Positions 11,427-22,548 are shown, counted from the stretch's first letter. The stretch: DNA of 64,000 bases from an uncultured Nitrososphaeraceae archaeon (GCA_963837175.1 CAWIMJ010000047.1:32001-96000), one strand, 5' to 3'. A program made the numbers and translations. Notes: generated from the sequence alone by a model not told the origin.

Positions 11427-12116
11427 TTGTTAACCAACGCTGATTTATCTATGTCTTTTAAGAATATCAAACGGTATTCTTCAACCATCCCAAATCAGAC
11501 GTTCTACTATAGATCTACTGAACTTGTCGCAAAAGATTTACTTGGAAAAAAACTAGTTCGTATTATCAATAAATCGAAAGATCAAACATACAGATTGTCA
11601 GGTTTAATTGTTGAAACAGAGGCATATGGTTTTGATGATGATCCTGCAAGTCATGCGTATAGAGGTATTACGTCCAGAAATATTCCAATGTTTGGGGAAG
11701 TTGGTTGTGCCTACGTCTACTTCACTTATGGAAATTATTACTGTGTAAATGTATGTGCAAGATCCTCTAAAGTTAAAGCAGGTGCAGTTCTTATAAGGGC
11801 ATTGCAGCCATTGGAAGGGATACCTATTATGAAGTTCTTGCGCAATACCGATAATGAACTCTCATTGTCTTCAGGCCCAGGAAAACTTACACAAGCACTA
11901 TGCATCGACAAATCTCTAAATGGACAAGACATGACAAACGCAACAACTGAACTTCATATAGAATATGGAATAAAACCTCAAAGAATAATTTGCTCTTCTA
12001 GAATAGGAATAAGAGAAGCTCAAGAGAAAAAATGGCGATTCATTTTAGCAGGTAAGGATGAGGATGATAATGATGATCTATTTATAAGATACGTATCTCG
12101 AAAAAATATAAAGTAA
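11427..12116 (+). CDS. mpg: 3-methyladenine DNA glycosylase (AAG/MPG family)
   Basis: IVETEAY, DPASHAY, AYVYFTYG, AVLIRAL, GPGKLTQAL, SRIGI. Confidence 0.92.
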   Translation: MLTNADLSMSFKNIKRYSSTIPNQTFYYRSTELVAKDLLGKKLVRIINKSKDQTYRLSGLIVETEAYGFDDDPASHAYRGITSRNIPMFGEVGCAYVYFTYGNYYCVNVCARSSKVKAGAVLIRALQPLEGIPIMKFLRNTDNELSLSSGPGKLTQALCIDKSLNGQDMTNATTELHIEYGIKPQRIICSSRIGIREAQEKKWRFILAGKDEDDNDDLFIRYVSRKNIK

Positions 12117-12352
12117 TTTGGCTGATTGTAAATACTATTATCTAGAATCTGATCTCAATCACAATTTATAGTAACGAGAAAGTATATGTGTGTATTTATA
12201 GCATTCTGTAAAATAAAATATCGTGGATTATATAGTCAGAAAAAATTCGCAGTCTATCGCTCACAAAATTATAATTATCTTGTTGTTAATCATAATAATA
12301 ATTATTTTCTATTCAACAAATCTGTTTAACGGATTCAAAGATCTGGTCTGTT

Positions 12353-13714
12353 ATGCAGATGTTACATCATGAGCAGCAATCTTCCACTACAGATAAATTT
12401 ACCAGCAATGATCTCGGTGTATATATGTCTTCTCAACTCTATAGCAATATCAAAATCGTATATGTTCTTCTTGATGGTGTAGGAGATCTTCCACATCCTT
12501 CCTTAAATTATTTGACACCACTTGAGGCAGCGTATACACCATATATGGACTCGCTTAGTAGGAATGGCTGTATGGGAAAAGTGATCACAGTGGGAAAGAG
12601 AATCGCTCCACAATCTGATATAGCAGTATTTAACATGCTAGGTTATAATTTCAAGGATGGAAATTACGTTGGAAGGGGTGTAATTGAGTCGCTTGGCTGC
12701 AATATCGATTTCAAAGAAGGTGATCTTGCGATGCGAGGAAACTTCGCGACAGTTGATGATAATTTACAAATTATGGACAGAAGGGCTGGAAGGATTATCA
12801 GCAAAGAAGAGGCTTTATCTATTTGCAAAACATTGAATGAAAAAATTCAATTTGGCGATAGTAATGCCCATGTTGTTATAGAGCCAACCATTGGCCATAG
12901 AGTGACTATCTGTTTTAGACATGACGAGATAAAATTATCCGATAGGATCTCAAATACAGATCCATCATATGAAAGGATTAATGGAATCGGAATAGCCAAA
13001 CCTGCAACAGCTGATATTCGCATTGGTACATCTGAACCGCAAGAAGACACCGCAGCAGCGAAAACTGCAGCAAAATTGGTCAATGAATTTACAACTCAGG
13101 TTGCTAAATTACTGAGTAATCATCCAGTCAATAATGAGCGTACGAAAGTAGGAAAGAAGCCTATCAATGCTATCCTGGCTCGAGATTCTGGAAATAGGTA
13201 TCCAAACGTTGAGCCAATAAATAGAAAATATGGATTGGACGTGGCATGCATTGTGGATATGCCTGTGGAAATTGGAATCTCCAAAGTCTTAGGAATGAGT
13301 GCCTTCAAGGCTGGTGATGTCAATGATTATGAACAAAAAGCAAAAGTCGCAGCAGAGAATCTGGAGAGGTTTAATGTTATCTATGTTCATATAAAGGGAC
13401 CAGACGAGTTCGGACATGATGGCGATGCAAGGGGGAAAAAAAAGAACATTGAAGATATTGACACGCGATTCTTTGCGACACTTGAAAAAAAATTAAAAAT
13501 TAATGATTCAACTATAATTGTTTCTGCAGATCACTCTACCCCATGTGTCAAAAAAGGACATAGCGACGATCCAGTCCCTATATTGATATCAGGAAGAAAA
13601 ATTAGAAAAGACAAAAGTGCAAGATTTACTGAAAAATATGCATCGAAAGGAAGTATAGGTTTACTTATGGGAGTTGATGTCCTTTCGACTGCAATTGGAA
13701 TGATATCTTCTTGA
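12353..13714 (+). CDS. apgM: 2,3-bisphosphoglycerate-independent phosphoglycerate mutase, archaeal type
   Basis: LLDGVGD, TPLEAA, GRGVIE, DRRAGRI, HIKGPDEFGHDG, ADHSTP, HSDDPVP; true start may be 12425. Confidence 0.9.
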   Translation: MQMLHHEQQSSTTDKFTSNDLGVYMSSQLYSNIKIVYVLLDGVGDLPHPSLNYLTPLEAAYTPYMDSLSRNGCMGKVITVGKRIAPQSDIAVFNMLGYNFKDGNYVGRGVIESLGCNIDFKEGDLAMRGNFATVDDNLQIMDRRAGRIISKEEALSICKTLNEKIQFGDSNAHVVIEPTIGHRVTICFRHDEIKLSDRISNTDPSYERINGIGIAKPATADIRIGTSEPQEDTAAAKTAAKLVNEFTTQVAKLLSNHPVNNERTKVGKKPINAILARDSGNRYPNVEPINRKYGLDVACIVDMPVEIGISKVLGMSAFKAGDVNDYEQKAKVAAENLERFNVIYVHIKGPDEFGHDGDARGKKKNIEDIDTRFFATLEKKLKINDSTIIVSADHSTPCVKKGHSDDPVPILISGRKIRKDKSARFTEKYASKGSIGLLMGVDVLSTAIGMISS

Positions 13715-13728
13715 TATATTGGTATATT

Positions 13729-14136
13729 TCATATTCGAGTCCCCGTAAGTATACCTTTGCACTGCTCACAAACTTGTTCGTCTATATTCGATTCTATACG
13801 GTGGTGGACGTCACATATAATAAATGTATAACGCATATAATTAAATAATTCAATTAATTTCGACATAGTGATAGGAGTATAGGCCTTATTTGTAGACAGA
13901 TCTCTTGCAATGTCATCAACCATGCGCATAACTTCTTGAAAAGAGCTAAGTTTTGAGATTAGTTCATCGTCGCCCCTTGTCCCTCTCAAATAATTACTTA
14001 CTGCCGCTTGAGTGATACCGAGTACCTTAGCCACAACTTCTTCCTTTAAGTCATAATCTTTCATAAGTTTCTTTGCTAAAATGGCTCTAATCGCTGGTAT
14101 CATAGATTTAGCCTCAATTTCAGAAGGTAGGAGCAT
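13729..14136 (-). CDS. HTH transcriptional regulator (archaeal family with C-terminal Cys/His)
   Basis: PSEIE..IPAIRA..VAKVLGITQAAVSNYLRGTRG; C..H and CEQC. Confidence 0.8.
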   Translation of the reverse strand: MLLPSEIEAKSMIPAIRAILAKKLMKDYDLKEEVVAKVLGITQAAVSNYLRGTRGDDELISKLSSFQEVMRMVDDIARDLSTNKAYTPITMSKLIELFNYMRYTFIICDVHHRIESNIDEQVCEQCKGILTGTRI

Positions 14137-14447
14137 TGTCTTAGCAATTAGAAATTCTATTCAATTCTTATATAAAGCTTCTTTGTGAGCCACAATTGGC
14201 AATTCCTTTCTATAATAAACTAACCATTATGATCCCGCACATTTGAAATTTATATACATAAGATAATTTAAATGAAAAGTTAAGTAATATATATATATTT
14301 TACATAGAATAGAAAGAAAACACAGTTCTAGCATATACAACAAGACAAATTTAAATAGTAGCTTACTTTGATTGTTATTTTAATATGAATAAGAAATTCA
14401 ATCTTGTTTTTCAGATCAAATTTGTGTGGAGGATATAAGATTTTTAA

Positions 14448-15533
14448 ATGAAGACAAAATTTGGTTTTACGCAAGGTCTCAATGTTGCAAGACTGGGGCT
14501 GGACGAAACTCAAGTTATGACAGCTTGCCAGATAGCAGACAGAATGGATTATGACTCAATTTGGGCAATGGATCATTCTAATGTTCCACAATGGAAAAAT
14601 GCTGTTGTTAATGATGCTTGGCTTATGCTGGCTGCTATTGGAGCTGTTACCCAAAAGGTAGAACTTGGCACATGTGTCACAGATGCAATTAGAAGACATC
14701 CATCTTCAATTGCCCTTTCGACTATTACTTTGGATAGGATAACAAAGGGCAGGGCCGTCCTCGGAATTGGAGCAGGAGAAGCACAGAATGTAGTAGATTT
14801 CGGGATAGAATTTAGCAAACCAGTGAGTAAATTCAAGGAACAACTAGAAGTAATAGAGAAACTTTTTCAATCAGATCCGGATAATCATGTCAACTACGAG
14901 GGCGTCTATTATAAATTAATTAATGCATGCCTTCAGGCTCAAAGTATTCGTAAACCTCGGCCTCCAGTATATATTGCAGCAGGAGCTCCAAAGACACTTG
15001 AGCTATGTGCAAAATATGGCGATGGATGGATTCCAATAGGTTATACACCAGAATTGTTCAGCAATCATGCCAATATTATTAAAGAACATGCACACAAATA
15101 CGGAAGAGATTTATCTACATTCCAATTTGCAAATGATGTTGATATTTATTTTACAGATGATGGAGAAGAGGCTTGGAATAAGATGAAAAACGCAGTAAAA
15201 GTTAGTTTATATAAGCCAGAATTATTAAAAGTTCATAATATACCTCAAGATTCAGAATTTGATTTTCGAAGATACTTTACAGAATATGCCATGAATAAGC
15301 CAGAACTGATGGAACAGATGAAAAGGGCCGCAATAAAGATACCTGACAAGATTGCAAGAACAGCAATAGGGGTAGGAAAACCAGATGATGTAATAGAAAT
15401 GCTCGAACGCTTCATTAAAGCAGGCACCAATCATTTTATCATCAGATATTGGGGCGAAGGTTACTTCAAGAATATTGAAATGTTCGGTAACAAGGTTATT
15501 CCATATTTCAGAGATCAAGAGAAAAATAATTAA
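14448..15533 (+). CDS. LLM-class (probably F420-dependent) oxidoreductase
   Basis: DSIWAMDH, LGTCVT, GRAVLGIGAGE, YGDGWIP. Confidence 0.88.
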   Translation: MKTKFGFTQGLNVARLGLDETQVMTACQIADRMDYDSIWAMDHSNVPQWKNAVVNDAWLMLAAIGAVTQKVELGTCVTDAIRRHPSSIALSTITLDRITKGRAVLGIGAGEAQNVVDFGIEFSKPVSKFKEQLEVIEKLFQSDPDNHVNYEGVYYKLINACLQAQSIRKPRPPVYIAAGAPKTLELCAKYGDGWIPIGYTPELFSNHANIIKEHAHKYGRDLSTFQFANDVDIYFTDDGEEAWNKMKNAVKVSLYKPELLKVHNIPQDSEFDFRRYFTEYAMNKPELMEQMKRAAIKIPDKIARTAIGVGKPDDVIEMLERFIKAGTNHFIIRYWGEGYFKNIEMFGNKVIPYFRDQEKNN

Positions 15534-16598
15534 TTATTCTTTCATATAATTATCAAGAGAAGAGATAACAGAATTAGCATTTTTAGGATTACTCTTCGTT
15601 ATTTCATGTTTACCTAAAAGAGGATCAGCGTCAAAACCGAGCTTTCTTAGTTTCTTAGCAAAATCAATAGTGAATCCATGGAACGTATAAACCTTTTTTG
15701 GATTACATTTTCTTACGACTTGGACTAGATCCTTGTAATCACAATGGTCGCTCATAGGAAAAGTATAATCAAGGCCCATCATGAATTTGTAGTTCGTATT
15801 AACGGCCCAACCGCTAAATCCTATTGTAACAGCTCCGTATCTCTCTTTCATGCGTTTTACAAAACCATTTCTTCCGTGAAATAATGGTGAAATCATGATC
15901 CATGGTTTATTTTTAGAAAGAAGGCTCTGGTCTTCTGCAGTAGAATGTTTTATTGTATGCTTTAAGCTTACACCTAATTTGGAATAAATCGAATTCATAT
16001 CATAAACAGCATCATATACATATAATGGATCCCAATGGCCAAAAAGCTCGGTTAGCAGCTGGGCTTTGCCCAAAGGATAACCCATTAAAAGAACAGGAAT
16101 TCCTTTATCATACATCTCAGATATAATCTTGTTGGTGTTATGTATGACTTCTCGCAAATCAGGAAAAATATATTCTGGTCTGCCAAAAGTTGACTCAATT
16201 ATTAATGTCTGGGCTTGCGGAATTAGAGCTGGTCTCATAAAAGCCCTCTCTTTAATAGAAATGTCTCCCGTATAATAAATCTCATCACGGTTTACCAGCA
16301 ATCCTTTTGAACCTAAAATATGCCCTGTATCGATTAATTTAAATCCATCATGCTCTTCTTGTGAATCACTTAATCCATACCCTCTTGCTTCTGCAATTAT
16401 TGACGTCTCTCTTGATGCCAAAGTCTTACTTTTTAAAGAGTCATTTTTACCACCACATTTTTTATATAAATGATCAGTATGTGCATGGGAAACAAAAATC
16501 ATATCACAATGTGTCGCTTTACGAGGATCAAGCGATATTTTTTTACCGCTGCTATTTATAAGAATACCACATTGAGAAAAACTGATCTGGGCAACCAA
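15534..16598 (-). CDS. MBL-fold/beta-CASP nuclease
   Basis: SHAHTDH, GHILGS, YTGD, IESTFG, GKAQ, SDHCD, FHG. Confidence 0.85.
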   Translation of the reverse strand: MVAQISFSQCGILINSSGKKISLDPRKATHCDMIFVSHAHTDHLYKKCGGKNDSLKSKTLASRETSIIAEARGYGLSDSQEEHDGFKLIDTGHILGSKGLLVNRDEIYYTGDISIKERAFMRPALIPQAQTLIIESTFGRPEYIFPDLREVIHNTNKIISEMYDKGIPVLLMGYPLGKAQLLTELFGHWDPLYVYDAVYDMNSIYSKLGVSLKHTIKHSTAEDQSLLSKNKPWIMISPLFHGRNGFVKRMKERYGAVTIGFSGWAVNTNYKFMMGLDYTFPMSDHCDYKDLVQVVRKCNPKKVYTFHGFTIDFAKKLRKLGFDADPLLGKHEITKSNPKNANSVISSLDNYMKE

Positions 16599-16880
16599 TT
16601 CGGTAATTTTAATTGCTTATTATGACCTGTATTTTAACATTCTTAGGAAAGTATAAGATCAGATAAAATAATTAGCTCTTTAACAATTGCATATAACAAG
16701 TAGAAGTATTCAATCTTCTAATTTTGTTGGTTAACCACATATTATCGCCACACACCCTTAACGCTAATAAGGTGGACGTAGAAATAATAGATGTATAATA
16801 CACAACTGAAAAGGACTATAGATAACGAGAAGAAGAACATTTTGTTTATTATCTATTTATCTAAGTAATAACAAAAAATA

Positions 16881-17519
16881 TTGTTGATCAATCTTGCTAT
16901 ACTTATCTCCGGTAGAGGAAGCAATATGGCCTCCATTCTCTCTGCAATAAAGTCAGGATATATAAAAAATGTCAAGCCTGCAGTAGTATTATCCAATAGA
17001 ACGGAAGCAGTAGGACTAAATTTGGCCTTGGAAAAATTTGGAATTTCCACTGAAATCATGCCAAGCAAAGGTTTGAAAGGCTGGGAGTATGACAAGAAGG
17101 TTGTCTCAATCTTAAAAAAATATGATGTTACATCGGAGAATGGTCTTATTTGCTTAGCAGGTTTTAACCGAATATTTAGTGCTGAATTCGTAACAGAATA
17201 TTCTATGCGAATACTGAATATTCATCCAGCGTTATTACCTTCATTTCCTGGTCTTAATGCTCAAAAACAAGCAATAGAATATGGTGTCAAAGTTTCAGGG
17301 TGTACTGTACATTTTGTAGATCAAGGACTTGATTCGGGACCAATTATACTTCAACGAGCAGTAAAAGTACTGGACTCGGATACAGAAGCAGAACTCTCAG
17401 CAAGGATATTGAGAGAAGAACATGAAGTATATCCTGAAGTGGTAAGATTATTTGCAGAAGACAGAATAAAAATTATAGGTCGAAGGGTATTACTAAAAGA
17501 TAATCGAAATTCTATATGA
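16881..17519 (+). CDS. purN: Phosphoribosylglycinamide formyltransferase
   Basis: ISGRGSN, LAGF, NIHPALLPSFPG, GCTVHFV, DSGPII. Confidence 0.96.
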   Translation: MLINLAILISGRGSNMASILSAIKSGYIKNVKPAVVLSNRTEAVGLNLALEKFGISTEIMPSKGLKGWEYDKKVVSILKKYDVTSENGLICLAGFNRIFSAEFVTEYSMRILNIHPALLPSFPGLNAQKQAIEYGVKVSGCTVHFVDQGLDSGPIILQRAVKVLDSDTEAELSARILREEHEVYPEVVRLFAEDRIKIIGRRVLLKDNRNSI

Positions 17520-17602
17520 AATAACTTTTTAATCGGAGATCCATACAAACTGTATCCATGAGCAGTAACGCAAAATAGTTCCTATTAATATCTCTTAATT
17601 GT

Positions 17603-18469
17603 TTGACTGGACAAATAATTGACGGTTTAGCAGTAGCTACTCATGTTAAAAAACAAGTGAAGAAAGCAGTTAGCGAATTGAAAAATCAAGGCATTCAACC
17701 CGGCTTGGCAACTATACTTGTGGGCGACGAGGTTTCCTCCGAAGCATACATAAAAAATAAGCAAAAAGCTGCCAAAGAAGTAGGTATCAATACGTGGGAC
17801 CATAAATTGCCTTCAACAGTAAGTCAAAAAGAATTAATGAATCTTGTCAATTTGTTAAATAATGATGATAAGATTCATGGAATCTTAGTACAATTACCTC
17901 TTCCTTCTAATATTGATGAGTTTGCTATAATCAAAAGGATTAATCCTGTTAAAGATGTTGACGGACTTACGCCATTTACTGCCGGTCTATTGTTAAATGG
18001 TTACGCCTATCTAAAACCATGTACTCCATCTGGAATCATTGAGATGTTAGACTACTACAATATTAGTCTAATGGGTATGGATGCCATTATAGTTAATCGT
18101 AGCAATCTTGTTGGAAAACCTCTTTCTATGCTTTTACTGGAAAGAAATGCAACGGTAACAATATGTCATTCAAAAACGAAAGCTCTTAAAGATAAACTGA
18201 GACAGGCTGATATAATAATTACAGCAGTTGGCAACCGTGAAACCTTTACACTTACGTCAGAAATGGTAAAACCAGGTTCGGTAGTAATCGATGTTGGGAT
18301 TACAAGACATAATGGAAAAATAATAGGGGATGTAGAGTTTGAAGAGGTCAGAGAAAAAGTATCTTGGATTACACCTGTTCCTGGTGGCGTAGGACCTATG
18401 ACGGTATCTATGCTATTAAAAAACACTCTTACCGCTGCATCTGTTAGAAGAGAGGATGATATTTTCTGA
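17603..18469 (+). CDS. folD: Methylene-THF dehydrogenase/cyclohydrolase
   Basis: GILVQLPLP, KDVDG, PCTP, RSNLVGKP, TPVPGGVGPMT. Confidence 0.96.
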   Translation: MTGQIIDGLAVATHVKKQVKKAVSELKNQGIQPGLATILVGDEVSSEAYIKNKQKAAKEVGINTWDHKLPSTVSQKELMNLVNLLNNDDKIHGILVQLPLPSNIDEFAIIKRINPVKDVDGLTPFTAGLLLNGYAYLKPCTPSGIIEMLDYYNISLMGMDAIIVNRSNLVGKPLSMLLLERNATVTICHSKTKALKDKLRQADIIITAVGNRETFTLTSEMVKPGSVVIDVGITRHNGKIIGDVEFEEVREKVSWITPVPGGVGPMTVSMLLKNTLTAASVRREDDIF

Positions 18470-19053
18470 TTTCAAAAAAATCTGAAGATAAGAATATCAT
18501 TAGGCAATCCATCTTAACTAAACGTAATAGTTTATCAGAGAGAGAGATCCAAAGAAGAAGTGAATTAATTCAACAAGCGATTATCAGTCTTCCTGTATTT
18601 AAAGCTGCGAAGGTAGTGGGAGCGTATTATCCAATAGGATCGGAGGTTAACACTCTGGATATACTAAACAAAGTTTTAGAACAAAAGATTTTGGCTTTGC
18701 CTGCAACCTTAGGAGATAAAATTTTGTTTTACAAAATATCTCATATGAGGAGCTATTTTAATCTAGATCAGATGATTCTAAGTAAATTTGGAATAAAAGA
18801 ACCATCACCATCAACAGCAGATCTTATCGATGATATCGATTTACTCATAGTTCCGGGAATTGCCTTTGATAGAAATGGCTATAGGATAGGCTATGGAAGA
18901 GGCTTCTATGACCGATACCTTGAACGGAAGAAATATGTCTTCTCAATAGGTCTAGGATTTGAACTTCAGCTATTAGATGAGACTCTTCCACACGAACAAT
19001 TTGATCAAAGAGTGAATGCAGTGGCTACAGAAAATAAAATAGTTCTTTGCTAA
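18466..19053 (+). CDS. 5-formyltetrahydrofolate cyclo-ligase
   Basis: FGIKEP, IVPGIAFD, RIGYGRGFYDRYL; frame is open upstream to CTG 18466 and encodes the expected N-terminal K..IR..IL..R helix missing from the track ORF. Confidence 0.88.
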   Translation: MISKKSEDKNIIRQSILTKRNSLSEREIQRRSELIQQAIISLPVFKAAKVVGAYYPIGSEVNTLDILNKVLEQKILALPATLGDKILFYKISHMRSYFNLDQMILSKFGIKEPSPSTADLIDDIDLLIVPGIAFDRNGYRIGYGRGFYDRYLERKKYVFSIGLGFELQLLDETLPHEQFDQRVNAVATENKIVLC

Positions 19054-20339
19054 TATCTTAATGCCTTCATCGCAATATCATTTCTATAATATTGGCCGTT
19101 TTTTCCCCAGCTTATTTTTTGAACTGCCGAGTACGCATTTTTTGTTGCTTGCTCTATGCTATAACCTAGTGAAGTAACCCCTAGAACTCTTCCACCATTT
19201 GTTATAATTCTATTTTGCGAATCACGCTTTGTACTGCCATGAAATATTATGGTATTATCACTAATCTCTGAATTAAGGCCTCTTATTAAATCACCTATTT
19301 GATAATTTCCTGGATATCCCTTTGAAGCCATTACGACACAAACGGCAAATTGTTCTTTCCATTTTAGCGGTGGCATAGAATCTAATCTTCCTTCATAAGC
19401 GGCTTTTAGATAATCAAAAAAATCAGAATTCAATCTCATCATCAAAGGTTGACATTCTGGATCACCCATTCTCACATTGAACTCTAGGACTGAAGGCTCG
19501 TTTGATTCTCTGTCAATCATGATCCCAGCATAAAGAAAGCCTTTAAAGGTATTATTCTCACGCTTCATTGCAGAGACGGTTGGGGAAATTATCTTTTTGA
19601 TTATCTTTTCAGTTAAATCGTCATCTATTATTGGGGTAGGTGAATAGCTCCCCATCCCACCTGTGTTTTCCCCTTTATCGTTATCAGATATGCGTTTATG
19701 ATCTTGAGTTGAGGCCAATGGTAGAATCGTCTCGCCGTCACTAAGAGCTATAAACGATGCTTCCTCACCAAATAAACGCTCTTCGATGATAACCTGGTTA
19801 CCAGCAGAACCAAATTTTCTTTTAATCATAATCGTTTCGATTGCTTTTATTGCTTCATTGGCATTATCACATAATATTACACCCTTTCCTGATGCTAATC
19901 CATCTGCTTTTATGACAAGTTTTGTGCTCTGTTCGTTAACATAATCTTTGGCTTTATCAGGATCGGAAAATGTACAATAATCGGCAGTCGGAATTCTATA
20001 TTTCTTCATAAATTTTTTAGCAAAATCCTTGCTAGACTCTAATTGAGCGGCCTGTTTAGTCGGACCGAAAATCATGAGGTCTTCTCTTTCAAATGAATTT
20101 ACTATACCTTCAGCAAGTGGACCTTCACCACCAACAATGGTAAAACATCTGTGCTCTTTTGCGAAGTATGACAAATCGTCAAATTTTAGGGGTTCTAAAT
20201 CAATATTCTCATAAGTCCCCCCGTTGCCAGGAGCAAAATATATTCTTTTAACATGAGGACTCTGGGATAGTTTCCATCCAAGAGCATGTTCTCTTCCACC
20301 AGAACCTATAATTAAAACATTAGAATCACCAGTCAACAA
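19050..20339 (-). CDS. purD: Phosphoribosylamine--glycine ligase
   Basis: GSGGREHA, APGNGG, KADGLASGKGV, QDHKR, NTGGMG, EFNVRMGDPE, GGRVL. Confidence 0.97.
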   Translation of the reverse strand: MLTGDSNVLIIGSGGREHALGWKLSQSPHVKRIYFAPGNGGTYENIDLEPLKFDDLSYFAKEHRCFTIVGGEGPLAEGIVNSFEREDLMIFGPTKQAAQLESSKDFAKKFMKKYRIPTADYCTFSDPDKAKDYVNEQSTKLVIKADGLASGKGVILCDNANEAIKAIETIMIKRKFGSAGNQVIIEERLFGEEASFIALSDGETILPLASTQDHKRISDNDKGENTGGMGSYSPTPIIDDDLTEKIIKKIISPTVSAMKRENNTFKGFLYAGIMIDRESNEPSVLEFNVRMGDPECQPLMMRLNSDFFDYLKAAYEGRLDSMPPLKWKEQFAVCVVMASKGYPGNYQIGDLIRGLNSEISDNTIIFHGSTKRDSQNRIITNGGRVLGVTSLGYSIEQATKNAYSAVQKISWGKNGQYYRNDIAMKALRY

Positions 20340-20449
20340 AGGAATATCAGATCAATTCAATATAATAATTACGTTAATTCATAGAGAGATAGAAAGATTC
20401 TCTAGCTTTCTTCTAGTCTCCTTTTATGCCATATCGATAATCTTCTAAC

Positions 20450-20956
20450 ATGAACGCAGAAATCCAAGGGCAAGCAAAAAGAGGATTGGCAGCCGCAAGT
20501 CAAGGAACGAGATCAAGAGTCGCAAGAAAAGGAGGAGTTGCTCCACATAACTTAAGAGGCCTTGCCGCCGCAGACTCTGAAACTAGGTCTAGGGTAGCAA
20601 AGGCAGGTGGTGATGCAAGAGCTCAGGATAAAGAAGGCTTACGACGTGCAGGAAGAAAAGGAGGTGAAGCAGTAAAGGCTGAATACGGAATAGAATTTTA
20701 TCACTCAATAGGAGGGAAAGGTGGAGAGTCTGTAAAGGAGAAATACGGAATAGATTTTTATCGCGAAATTGGAGAGAAAGGCGGAGGGATAGTTAAGCAG
20801 AAATATGGACCAAAATTCTACCGTGAAATAGCAAAGCGTGGTAGCCAGACTGTAAAACGACCACATGTTCCTGACCTTGATAGCGCAATAGGTAAAAAGG
20901 CAGAAGAACCAAACAAAGAAGAAACTACTGCTAATGATATTTCAGTCATTCAATAG
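20450..20956 (+). CDS. KGG-repeat / Em (LEA1)-like stress protein
   Basis: Two RGLAAA..TRSRVAxxGG repeats and three 20-aa VKxxYGxxFYxxIGxKGG repeats. Confidence 0.8.
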   Translation: MNAEIQGQAKRGLAAASQGTRSRVARKGGVAPHNLRGLAAADSETRSRVAKAGGDARAQDKEGLRRAGRKGGEAVKAEYGIEFYHSIGGKGGESVKEKYGIDFYREIGEKGGGIVKQKYGPKFYREIAKRGSQTVKRPHVPDLDSAIGKKAEEPNKEETTANDISVIQ

Positions 20957-21268
20957 TTTGTTTGCATTATCAGCTATCATTGCCTTGAAAAATCCGATAT
21001 ACTCAGAATCGTTAAATTCAATAGTTATATATTTATTTTCAGATGCTGCTTGGGTGACACTTTTGAGATGGTAGCAGGGCCCGGCATTAGAAAGTGCTTG
21101 AAAATAATAATTCTTGCAGGAACAAAACTCCAGCTCTGGGTCTAGCCAGTGTTCACTATCTCTACCTACTACAGTCCAGATAGCTCTGCCACTAGGTTGA
21201 AATAAATGGAGTTTGACTCCTCCGAACTTTACTATGTTATCGATGCGTTCGGATTGAATTTTTTTCAT
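20942..21268 (-). CDS. SWIM zinc-finger protein
   Basis: CSC-x11-CYH motif, WTVVG. Confidence 0.75.
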   Translation of the reverse strand: MKKIQSERIDNIVKFGGVKLHLFQPSGRAIWTVVGRDSEHWLDPELEFCSCKNYYFQALSNAGPCYHLKSVTQAASENKYITIEFNDSEYIGFFKAMIADNANKLLND

Positions 21269-21867
21269 GATAATAACTCAAATCTAGTAGATATAAAATC
21301 ATCCTAAATTCTAAGCTTTGCCAAAATCCTCAAAATATGCAATTATTTGCGTTAGTTTCAATTATATAATTTTATATGATTTGCCAATAAAATATTTTGT
21401 ATTGATAATATTAAAGTTAATTATAAATCTATAATTGTGCCTTTTAGTATTGTATTCACAAGAAGTTTTCATCATTTTTCGTATGATATCCATACTTTTT
21501 ATATATTATGATCTCGCTTTGCATCCATATATGTGTGGCAAATTTCGTTGACTAAAAGTAGTATTTGCATATAATATTATAATCTATTTCTTTGACATCA
21601 AAATTACCGATGGCAAATATTCTAGTTGTTTGTAGAAAGCTTGTTATCTCTAATTCTATATCTTGTATTGTGAGCTTGACGATAAGCTACTGAAATTCGG
21701 AGTGTTCAATGAGTTATTATATTACTTCATATTGGATACACATTTTCTTATTTTAAATCTGAGCCTTATTGATTAAGGGACTCTTCTGTTCATTTGGTGT
21801 TACTTTAAAACCAACAATTTTCTTTCCTTGGCTTGGTGTGGTTGCCTTTTGTGCATTAAATTAGAGC

Positions 21868-21940
21868 GGTGTAAAATGTCGTGTAATTTTTTTAAAATCG
21901 TGTATTGTCGTGTAATTATGGGCTACACTAAAGTACACTA
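21868..21940. repeat. Cluster of short direct and inverted GTGTA/TACAC repeats
   Basis: TGTCGTGTAATT at 21877 and 21906, further GTGTA at 21869 and 21900, inverted TACACTA at 21924 and 21934. Confidence 0.55.
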
Positions 21941-22548
21941 GAATATATAATTTTTCTTTTAGTTGCACTTTATCGTCATTTTTCCTAGGCTACCGAGAGA
22001 GCCCGGTTAACTATATCATCCATAGTATCTCCGTACTGACTTGTATTCAGGTCATTATGAGTTTGCTTAGCTATCTTAATCTTTACATTATCATATGGTA
22101 ACATGAATACAATTCAGATAATACAATTAGCGCATTTAATGCATTTTACTTGTTTAACTCAACATACCAGTTTAACTCAGTTGTGCAGTTAAAAATAGGC
22201 GGTATTAGTATTGGTATCGCGATATACATTGATGTCAACACAAGCAATTTGTATTGAGACCAAAGAAACTCGGTTAACTTTTGGAATTGCTATAATATAT
22301 GGCTATAATAATTTGGCCATTGCTCGCTATTTTTGATTACCATAATGGTACAAACTAAGAGTGCATCTTCTCATATTATCTAGATTGTAATGCTTGTTCT
22401 AAAACACCAAGATTTACGAATAATAGAAAGTAATGTAAGGTATACTCCTGCTTCTACTCTTTACTCTAATTTCTAGTTTTTATTGCTAATGAGATTTAAA
22501 TAAATCCTAACTCTTTAAATATTCGATTAGTTCCCTTAAATTGATAGA

